The notes under the pieces: generated by a model
Database searches by the model: none
Told to the model about the DNA's origin: nothing
Seen by the model: only the letters and a program-made list of their open reading frames with translations
Shown here: piece after piece, positions 1-7,786 of the stretch
Layout of the letters: each line of letters begins with the position of its first letter
Position numbering within the stretch: position 1 is the first letter of the stretch
Made by a program: the position numbers and the translations under genes
NCBI GenBank assembly: GCA_045597865.1
Contig: JAZLKX010000049.1
Coordinates: 1 to 12,328 of the forward strand
Reading direction: 5' to 3'
Length of the DNA stretch: 12,328 nucleotides
DNA from: Bacilli bacterium
Lineage (GTDB): Bacteria > Bacillota_I > Bacilli_A > RFN20 > CAG-826

Positions 1-3000
1 TTGTCGTATCCGCTAATGGTGAAACCATCAACGCTTTCTAAACGATCATCTTCGTAAACTGCGAAGACTGTAACTGAACTTTCATCGTAGTCAGAACCAA
101 ATTCTATATCATTGAAGTTTGTAACTGCATCAATATGATGAATAATTTCAGATTGTTTAACTGTAATCACAATGTAAGCTTCGAGTTCTTTGTCTGAATT
201 AATTACTTTAACTGATTGTTCACCAACTTGAGTTTCATCATAACCTTCGAAGTCACTACATTCATAACGTTGTGTATCGCCATTATTGTAAATAACAACA
301 ATTTCGAAATCTTCAACTGTAAAGACATGACCATATTCCACTTCTGAAGAGACAACATCTGCAGTAATTCCTTCTACTTCAATAATTGTTGCTGATGCTG
401 TAACAACTACTTCGCCAGTGACATGTTCAATGGTGTAAACACCATCAATTCCATCAACTGGTTCTCCACTCATTGTTACGCTATAAACGTAATCAAATGT
501 ATTATCGTTTTGAGTAAGTTTAAATGTAAGAGCGGAATCATAATCAACTTGTCCAGAAGTAATTGTGCATTCAACATTAGTAACATCAACTGTTACATCA
601 ACTTTAATTGGAGTTGCGCTAACGCTAATTGCAACATCAGTTGCAGCGTTGCTAACTGAAACAGTATAAACACCATTATTATGTGTGACTGTTGCACCTG
701 TTGCAGTTACAACAATGTTATAACCTGTAGCAGCTTCAAATGTGTAAAATGCATTACTACCTTCTTTAACTGTTGCGCCTGAGGTCCAGTTTGTAATAGC
801 GTGATCTAAGCCAGTTCCAGATACAGTAACGTCGTAATCATTTAATGCACGTGTTGTAACTGTAACTACTACATCACCACTAATTTGATAGATGTAGATA
901 GAATTATCAGCTGGATTAAAGCCTTTTAATTCATTACCACCCATTGTAATAACAACGCTTTCAATAACGTATCCTTCAGGTACAACAAGTTTATTATCAA
1001 TTGTGAATCCTGAATCAAGTGTTTCTCCGTAAGGAGTTTCAAGTGTTGCTTGACCTTCTTCGGTTGTATTAACAAGTGAGAAACCAACTTGTTCTTGAGT
1101 ACCTGTTGCAGAAATAACGATGTCGCCAAATGCTAAGATAGAAAATGCGCCAGTGTCCTTATTATAACTGTAATCGCTGCTTGCGACTGGTTCGCCATAA
1201 CATGTGACAGTAATTGAAGATGGACGGAAATATCCAAATTCAGGAGTGAAATAACCTTGAATTGGTGTTAAATGTTCAACATTTTCATGTTCAATAGTTA
1301 TAAATGTAAAATTAATATTAGTTAAGGAACCAGTTGTTACACTAACTGTGTCGTGTTCAACTTTAACGCTAATTGAAATATCGCCTTGTACTCCAGTGTT
1401 AAAGGTAACAATAACTGAACCATCATCTTGTGAAAATAATGTAATTTCTGCTAATCCAGAATTAATGACTGTTACACCATTATCAACAAAATGATAATGA
1501 TCTGCTGGTGTAAATGTAACTGAACCAGTCTCACCATAGGTAATAACTAAATCACCAGTAACTTCAACCAACTCTGTATCACCTGAAACATTGACTTCGA
1601 ATTCTTTGAGAGCTCTAGCTGCTGAAACCTTAATATCACCGGTTAACTTTAGAGGAATTAATGTAATGTAGAGTTTTCCGTTAGCTTTATTAAGATTATA
1701 GGAAACTAAAGTCTCATCATCAGTAATGTCTACGCCACCCATTTCTATAACAAGAGTAGACATATCGATTTCATACATTGATTTATCACCGCTAACTTCT
1801 AACGTAATATCAAAACCATCAAAATCTTTAACAATAGTAGGAAACTCAGAAGTATATGTGAGATCAGTTAAATCAAAATCAAGATAATAAACTGCATCAG
1901 TATAAGCATAGACATTGATTTCTTCGGTTAATTTATCAATTGTAAATGTGCCACCTGTAAATTCATGTTGGGTATCATCATCACCAATTGTGTAATACAT
2001 TATGGACCACTCAAAGAAATCATATCCATGATCTGGAGTTAATGTGACCGTAATATTTTCTGAATTAATATCCGCACTTGTTGGATCAACTGTGAAGTTT
2101 CCATTTGCATTAATAGGAATTTGAATTGTTTGTGTTTCAATTGTAATTTCAATATCGCCTGTAACTGTTGCAATAGAAACCAAGCCTAGTGTTTCGTCCC
2201 AAACATCAGTAACTGGTTCTCCATCCATTGTTACGGAAACATTGGTAATTTCCTTTGTTTCATCTTCTATAGATACTAATAAATTATAAGAACTTCCAAT
2301 GCTTACAGGATTTGTTTCAGACAACACTGCTAATCCTTCACCAAGATCTTTAGTAACATTTGCTAATTCAAATGCTGTAGCACTAATACTTAAATCACCA
2401 GTAATGTTTGCAATAGTAACAATTCCTGTGATTGGATCATATTCAAATGCTTTTGGTTGACCATCATTTATTACTGTAATCCTTGACTTATTGATTCCAT
2501 AACCATCATCTGGTTCTACTTTAAATGAAAGTGTACCATTATGAACGACACTCGTTGGTAAATCTGTTTCAGGGGCAATTGCTACACCGCTACAATCTTC
2601 AAAATCGTATTCGATACCATAGTAAACATCTTTAGTTGTAACTGTAATTATTAAGTCACCTGTAACATTTTCAACTTTGATGTGTCCGTTGCTATAAGCA
2701 CCTGTAACTTCAACACCATTCATTGTTACTGAGGCACTATTTAATTCTTTACCTGTTGCAAAAGTAACATCAGATTCATATGTTGTTCCTTCTTTAACCT
2801 GTGTTGCAGTATTAACTAATGTTGCATATGTATCTGTGCTATCTGTAATATCAAACATTTCTAATTCGTGAGATGTTACTGTGATTGAAACATCACTAGA
2901 TGCGCTAGTAATTGTAACAACATTATCAGAAACGCTTGCTCCAGTTGCTGTAACTGAATCAATTACACAACCTTCTTTAGCTGTTACTGTGATTTCGTAG

Positions 3001-6000
3001 GCTTTGCCTTCAACTAATTGACCATCAGTTAATGCTGGACTTACTGAGTATTCAGCTTGATCAGCATTAATATCAACGCTTAAATCATACTTAACGAGTG
3101 CTGTTGCTGAAATTTTGAAAGTCTCAGTAAATTCACCATATTTTAGTGTTAATGTATTTTCGCCAGCAGCTAAAACTTTAGATGTTGTGCCATCACTAAA
3201 TGTAACGCCGGTTGTAAGAGATTCAGTCTCACCGCTATTATATAAACCACTAATTGTTAAGTCAGAAATATTTAATGTTTCGCCTTCTTTAAATGATTTA
3301 GCACAAGAAACATTGACTTTAATTAATTCTGCTTCAACAGCTGGTTGACTTATATGTTTGTATAATTGAACAGGTTTTTGAGCAGTATAAGTAGATGATT
3401 TATAAAATCTAAACCAAGTGTCTGATGAGTTATATCTTAAAACCGAAGTATTTGATGTGATTTTAACTCCGTCATCTTCTAGTACGAACGAAGCTGCTGA
3501 GGCGGTTGTGCCAAAATTAGTTTTATTACTTCCGGATGTACCATAAATGTATTTTCCGTTGTTATCCCCACCATTAACCTTGATTGAGTAACCATCCGTC
3601 ATTGAAGCTACTGTAATTGTTGTAGCTCCTGTTGGCGCACTAACAATATTGCCATCTTTGTCAAATGAAGTATCACCAATTGCAACAGTACAAGCTTTGG
3701 CATCAACGCCAGTCCATGTGCAATTTAAAGAATCATCTTGATAAACTATCAAATATTCACCCGACCAATCAGTTTGATCAGAGGTTACTTTTTGCCAATA
3801 ATCATAGCCTTCTTGAGGTGTAACAACACCATATTTAACATTGAAAGAGGTATCGGCGACACCATCAGCTTGAACTTTAACGCTGTATGTACCTGCTTCG
3901 TACATTTTAATACCGGACTTATCTAAACTGTAGCCAGTAAAGTTGGTATCGGATGTTCCATCTGAATATGTAGCTTTAACAACTAAACCAGTTTCATCAA
4001 AGGCTTCACCAATAATGTATTCGGTTTTAGTTGGATTTGATGTTACTTCAATTTTATTTAATTTATATTCATTGACAACGATTCCCATGATATCAATTGT
4101 ATCTGTTTTTTCACCATAGGTAGCTGTTACAACAAGTTTATCTGCGCTTGTTGAAAGATATTCAGCAGGAGTTAAGTTTGCAGTAAATTCGACACTTTCT
4201 TGAACAATAGTTGCATCGTCACCAGAAGCATTCTTTCCTGCAACTGTTAAGCCTGCAAAATCCCATTCTTCTGCATTGTTGTAATATGTTTTATTAGTCA
4301 TATCACCTGCAATTTCAATTGAATTTAAGTAATCTTCAACAACTGTGAATCCAGAAGCAACAACATCAAGATTAGCTGAACCTGTGTTATATGAACCAGT
4401 AATTGATGTCATTCCGTTAGTTAATTCTGGCCATTCAATATCAGCACCTGTTATGGTAACTTCATCATGTTCGCCTTCAGACCAAACTGGAGTAAATGTT
4501 AATCCATCATAATTGAAATCTTTTCCAACATATTGTTCTGTTGCAGTAATTGTTCCACCAACTGTAACACTTGTGATTTGAGCAATAATTGCTTTTGTAA
4601 CAGTAACTTTGCATGAAGTTGTTTTTGATTGTCCTTCTGCATCTTTACCAACAGTTGTTGCAATAACGTAAATTTCACCAGATGCAGCAATGTCATCATC
4701 AATAGTTAATTTATTTCCTTCTAATGTATATTCACTATCATCAAGTGTTGTTTGTTCTGTATCAATTGAGTAATTTACAGTTTGATCTGCTATTTCTGGT
4801 GTGACAGAAGCATTAAATGTGGCTTCTCCACCAAGGCCAAGTTCAATAGAAGAATCCATTGAAATATCTGTTACATAAGCATAATCAACATCAATTGCAT
4901 AAGTAGCTGTTTTGCTGCTTGCTGTATGAGTAACAACAACTTCTTGGCCATTTCCTCTTGATAATGTGCCTGATTTGCTTACAGTGTATTCAGTGCTTTC
5001 TAATGCTGCACCTTTACTTTCTGCTGCACCACTAGAATGTGTATACCAAGGGTAGACGTTTCCATCAAATGTGAAGGTGTTGCCTGCTCTAAACTTGGTT
5101 GTTTGTCCTTCAATAGTGATTTTGCTTAATGTTAAGACATCAATTGTAAGTGTAGTTGTGATAGTATCGCTATATCTAATGGTGACACTTGTTGTATCAG
5201 ATGCTAATGTAGCAGGTTCAAATGTAACTGAATCTGTAACATCTTCAGAAGAACCATCATTATAAGTAGCAGTAACAACCATTCCTGTTTTATCAAATGC
5301 TTTTCCGCTATATTGAGGATTTGTTGGATTGTTAGTAACTGCAATAGAACTTAGAGTTCTAACAATTTTTCTAATAAATAAACCATCACCTTCAGGGGTG
5401 CTTCCGCCAAATAAATACAAACGAAGTTTTAATAAAACTTTATCACCTTTTGTTAAACCTTTTGTGGCTTTACCATCAGTATTAAAGTCCTTTGGGTTTG
5501 TAAAATTCCAATATCCACTTTCGTTTTTAGAAACTGCTGATGCTGTTTCAGTAACACCGTAGACTGTTAATTTGCTATCTGATTTGCTACCAGAATCATT
5601 CATATAGAAGTTACCATATGTTGTGTTATAAGGATTGTCAGTATCCTCATTTGTTAATTTTCCAACAACATAATAAAGATCAGTAACATTAGCATTTGTA
5701 TGACTATTAGCAATTTGAATTGCTTCAGCAACTGTTAAAGGATCACTTTCAAAAAGACCTTTTGCAACAGTGACACTGTAGTTTTTAGAATCAGATTTGC
5801 CTCCAAATGAAACACTTACTGAAACATCATAAGTGCCACTCTTTGTTGGAACAGCAGTTGTTGTAGTAGGAGTAAACGAAGTAATTGGTCTATCACCAGA
5901 AACATAATGTCCTGTTAAAGTTACTCCACTTAAATCCCAGGCGGAACCATTAAATGAGACGCTACCGCCTAATGTGATTGAATTTAATGTATCAGAATTA

Positions 6001-7550
6001 ACTGTAATTGCTTGGTTTGCAGTCTTTTCTTTATATGTAATAACAACATTGGTGTCAGTAGTTTCCAAACTTCCTGATGTAGAGAAACTAAAATCACTTG
6101 CATGATCAGCATATGAAATATCTGCAGTTGAAGCATCATCATATGTTGCTGTAATCACTAATCCAGTTGGATCAAATGATTCACCTTCATAATATGTAAC
6201 CTTAGTAGGAGCAGTTTTAACAGCAATAGATTCAAGAACTTTTTTTGAAACTTCTGATCTATAGATATTTACCAGATTTCCGTTATCTTGGCCATAACTT
6301 CTAAATGTCGAATTATTGTAAGATCTTAATCTTGCATTGGTAACTCCGCTATACCATAAGTTTGCACTACTACCAGAAGAAGAATAAGTCCATTCTGAAC
6401 CTGTATCTTGAAAGGAAAGTTTTCCAGAAGAAGCCGCTGTTATAGTTAAATATTTAGTTGAGCTATCAATGCTTGCAGATAATTTAAAACCAGATGTTGT
6501 AACGCTAGCATCTAAAACACCGGTTTTGTCTTGAGAAATTAAAGGAACTTTATTAGTCGAATCAAATTCTCCACTAGCAAATGCTGTTGATTGACCATGA
6601 CCACTTGAAATTGAAGTGTTGAAGTAAGCACTATTATCGGTAGTCACTATAAGAACTTTATCTCCATCTTTAATATCAGAAGTTGAAGAAACTTTAGACC
6701 ATAAAGACTCACTAGGAGAACTTTGCTCTTTCCAAATAGCATAAACATCGACGTTTGCGTTATTAATAGTAACTGAAGTTATTCCTGTAGTTGCAGCTGA
6801 ATCGGTGTTCCATCCAACAAATTCATAACCACTACGAGTTGGTTTTGTTGCGCTTAATGTATGTTCGCCGTTAGAAAGGCCGGTATCAGAACCAGGCATT
6901 CCTGTAACTTCATCAGTTGTGTTTGTTAAATAATTGACTGAATATGTAGATGTAGGAGGCGTTGTCCCTTCTTCATATGTTATTCTAAACTCAACTTGAG
7001 AATTGTTGGCATTTGTAATTTGAAACCAAAAATATTTACAATTTGAGGTTAACTTGTTAGATGCATCGTAAATAGAATCAAGAGTAGATAAAGTAGCAGT
7101 ATACGTGTTAGCACCTGTAGAATAACTAGTAATTGGAGAATCACTAAACGTTACACCAACGGAAACTTTTGCTGACGCACCTTTATTTGCATAAATTTCA
7201 AATTTTGTAATTTTATTACCAATTGGGTCTTTATTGTAAATATATTTACCACTCTTTCCAATAAAAATGGCTTTGTCAGTAAATTTATTATCTCCAGTAG
7301 AAGTTTGATATTTAGCACTATCAGACATAGTAATTGTAAAATCACCATATTCAAAATCAGTATCTTCTGATAAACCAGTACTTGACAATTTCGATCCATC
7401 AATAATCAACTCTTTTGTGTCAGCAGCATTAACTTTAGCAATGTTGTTTAGTGCCTTTCCTAATGATCCAATCGCTGTGGCCCCTGCTTCTAAAACAAGT
7501 GCGCCACAAAGTATAAGAGTAGAAACAATCCTTTTTGTAATACTTTTCAT
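1..7550 (-). CDS. Giant secreted/surface multidomain adhesin-like protein, at least 2516 aa, 3' end outside the window. Contains an InlB B-repeat, two beta-rich modules, an OB-fold-like domain, about 10 Big_3-like repeats, one Big_2-like repeat and 11 divergent stalk repeats
   Basis: ATG at 7548-7550 with AAGGAG RBS at 7561-7566. Manual translation gives MKSITKRIVSTLILCGALVLEAGATAIG...KVNA/AD (signal-peptide-like). The same frame reads ...VYEDDRLESVDGFTISGYD at position 3, and the ORF track shows no stop-terminated ORF in this frame. Motifs include KPTRSGYEFVGWNT...VYAIWK (InlB B-repeat/Flg_new-like, ~6730-6947) and SIAVKTAPTKVTYYEGESFDPTGLVITATY (Big_3-like, ~6000-6240). Confidence 0.93.
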   Translation of the reverse strand, partial: MKSITKRIVSTLILCGALVLEAGATAIGSLGKALNNIAKVNAADTKELIIDGSKLSSTGLSEDTDFEYGDFTITMSDSAKYQTSTGDNKFTDKAIFIGKSGKYIYNKDPIGNKITKFEIYANKGASAKVSVGVTFSDSPITSYSTGANTYTATLSTLDSIYDASNKLTSNCKYFWFQITNANNSQVEFRITYEEGTTPPTSTYSVNYLTNTTDEVTGMPGSDTGLSNGEHTLSATKPTRSGYEFVGWNTDSAATTGITSVTINNANVDVYAIWKEQSSPSESLWSKVSSTSDIKDGDKVLIVTTDNSAYFNTSISSGHGQSTAFASGEFDSTNKVPLISQDKTGVLDASVTTSGFKLSASIDSSTKYLTITAASSGKLSFQDTGSEWTYSSSGSSANLWYSGVTNARLRSYNNSTFRSYGQDNGNLVNIYRSEVSKKVLESIAVKTAPTKVTYYEGESFDPTGLVITATYDDASTADISYADHASDFSFSTSGSLETTDTNVVITYKEKTANQAITVNSDTLNSITLGGSVSFNGSAWDLSGVTLTGHYVSGDRPITSFTPTTTTAVPTKSGTYDVSVSVSFGGKSDSKNYSVTVAKGLFESDPLTVAEAIQIANSHTNANVTDLYYVVGKLTNEDTDNPYNTTYGNFYMNDSGSKSDSKLTVYGVTETASAVSKNESGYWNFTNPKDFNTDGKATKGLTKGDKVLLKLRLYLFGGSTPEGDGLFIRKIVRTLSSIAVTNNPTNPQYSGKAFDKTGMVVTATYNDGSSEDVTDSVTFEPATLASDTTSVTIRYSDTITTTLTIDVLTLSKITIEGQTTKFRAGNTFTFDGNVYPWYTHSSGAAESKGAALESTEYTVSKSGTLSRGNGQEVVVTHTASSKTATYAIDVDYAYVTDISMDSSIELGLGGEATFNASVTPEIADQTVNYSIDTEQTTLDDSEYTLEGNKLTIDDDIAASGEIYVIATTVGKDAEGQSKTTSCKVTVTKAIIAQITSVTVGGTITATEQYVGKDFNYDGLTFTPVWSEGEHDEVTITGADIEWPELTNGMTSITGSYNTGSANLDVVASGFTVVEDYLNSIEIAGDMTNKTYYNNAEEWDFAGLTVAGKNASGDDATIVQESVEFTANLTPAEYLSTSADKLVVTATYGEKTDTIDIMGIVVNEYKLNKIEVTSNPTKTEYIIGEAFDETGLVVKATYSDGTSDTNFTGYSLDKSGIKMYEAGTYSVKVQADGVADTSFNVKYGVVTPQEGYDYWQKVTSDQTDWSGEYLIVYQDDSLNCTWTGVDAKACTVAIGDTSFDKDGNIVSAPTGATTITVASMTDGYSIKVNGGDNNGKYIYGTSGSNKTNFGTTASAASFVLEDDGVKITSNTSVLRYNSSDTWFRFYKSSTYTAQKPVQLYKHISQPAVEAELIKVNVSCAKSFKEGETLNISDLTISGLYNSGETESLTTGVTFSDGTTSKVLAAGENTLTLKYGEFTETFKISATALVKYDLSVDINADQAEYSVSPALTDGQLVEGKAYEITVTAKEGCVIDSVTATGASVSDNVVTITSASSDVSITVTSHELEMFDITDSTDTYATLVNTATQVKEGTTYESDVTFATGKELNSASVTMNGVEVTGAYSNGHIKVENVTGDLIITVTTKDVYYGIEYDFEDCSGVAIAPETDLPTSVVHNGTLSFKVEPDDGYGINKSRITVINDGQPKAFEYDPITGIVTIANITGDLSISATAFELANVTKDLGEGLAVLSETNPVSIGSSYNLLVSIEDETKEITNVSVTMDGEPVTDVWDETLGLVSIATVTGDIEITIETQTIQIPINANGNFTVDPTSADINSENITVTLTPDHGYDFFEWSIMYYTIGDDDTQHEFTGGTFTIDKLTEEINVYAYTDAVYYLDFDLTDLTYTSEFPTIVKDFDGFDITLEVSGDKSMYEIDMSTLVIEMGGVDITDDETLVSYNLNKANGKLYITLIPLKLTGDIKVSAARALKEFEVNVSGDTELVEVTGDLVITYGETGSVTFTPADHYHFVDNGVTVINSGLAEITLFSQDDGSVIVTFNTGVQGDISISVKVEHDTVSVTTGSLTNINFTFITIEHENVEHLTPIQGYFTPEFGYFRPSSITVTCYGEPVASSDYSYNKDTGAFSILAFGDIVISATGTQEQVGFSLVNTTEEGQATLETPYGETLDSGFTIDNKLVVPEGYVIESVVITMGGNELKGFNPADNSIYIYQISGDVVVTVTTRALNDYDVTVSGTGLDHAITNWTSGATVKEGSNAFYTFEAATGYNIVVTATGATVTHNNGVYTVSVSNAATDVAISVSATPIKVDVTVDVTNVECTITSGQVDYDSALTFKLTQNDNTFDYVYSVTMSGEPVDGIDGVYTIEHVTGEVVVTASATIIEVEGITADVVSSEVEYGHVFTVEDFEIVVIYNNGDTQRYECSDFEGYDETQVGEQSVKVINSDKELEAYIVITVKQSEIIHHIDAVTNFNDIEFGSDYDESSVTVFAVYEDDRLESVDGFTISGYD
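390..3090 (-). repeat. About 11 tandem divergent 72-90 aa beta-rich repeats ending in a 'VTGD(I/L/V)xIT'-like motif
   Basis: Repeat ends read manually: SASSDVSITV, NVTGDLIITV, NITGDLSISA, TVTGDIEITI, KLTEEINVYA, KLTGDIKVSA, GVQGDISISV, AFGDIVISA, QISGDVVVTV, NAATDVAISV, HVTGEVVVTA. Confidence 0.75.
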
Positions 7551-7560
7551 AACTCTTTTT

Positions 7561-7566
7561 CTCCTT
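7561..7566 (-). promoter_or_regulatory. Shine-Dalgarno sequence (AAGGAG) of the giant CDS
   Basis: Plus-strand ctcctt, 10 nt upstream of the ATG at 7550. Confidence 0.85.
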
Positions 7567-7590
7567 TACGTATTCTTTACGTTTTTTTAC

Positions 7591-7670
7591 ATACGCGACA
7601 ATAAAAAAAGCGCATAAACCTCTATATCATACTTTAGTATGAGTAGGAAATGCGCATTTATTTCGCGTAT
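7591..7670 (-). promoter_or_regulatory. 80-nt imperfect hairpin in the 5' leader with an embedded terminator-like stem and U7 tract (candidate attenuator)
   Basis: Nested inverted repeats ATACGCGA/TCGCGTAT, AATAAA/TTTATT, GCGCAT/ATGCGC, CCT/AGG and TCATACT/AGTATGA. On the minus strand the GCGCAU...AUGCGC stem is followed directly by UUUUUUU (7603-7609). Confidence 0.65.
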
Positions 7671-7672
7671 CA

Positions 7673-7701
7673 ACATACACCCATATTGTACGCTAATACG
7701 T
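7673..7701 (-). promoter_or_regulatory. Shared bipartite upstream motif, copy 1 (ACGTAT-N15-GTGTATGT)
   Basis: Plus-strand acatacac (7673-7680), 15 nt, atacgt (7696-7701). Boxes and spacing are identical at 12089-12117. Confidence 0.5.
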
Positions 7702-7733
7702 ATCAAATTAAAATAATTAATTATTATAATTTT

Positions 7734-7758
7734 AAAAACCACGGCCTTTTGACCGTGA
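7734..7758 (-). terminator. Rho-independent terminator of the 1404-aa gene
   Basis: Minus-strand UCACGGUC-AAAA-GGCCGUGG (8-bp stem with two G-U pairs) followed by UUUUU, about 30 nt after the tandem TAA TAA stops. Confidence 0.8.
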
Positions 7759-7786
7759 TTTATTAAGGGGTTTCTATTTAATATTA

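Noticed and set aside
6240-6246. A7 run on the coding strand as a phase-variation tract
   Set aside because: Short, in frame (Lys-Lys) and expected in AT-rich DNA.
7591-7670. Invertible promoter or MITE interpretation of the long inverted repeat
   Set aside because: Pairing continues with bulges to the centre, as in an RNA hairpin. There is no promoter inside, no clear target-site duplication and no recombinase in the window.
7685-7728. Possible SigA promoter for the giant gene (TACAAT at 7685-7690 or TATAAT at 7723-7728, minus strand)
   Set aside because: No good -35 at 17-nt spacing (TTTTAA and CAAAAG respectively), and the DNA is very AT-rich. Too weak to call.
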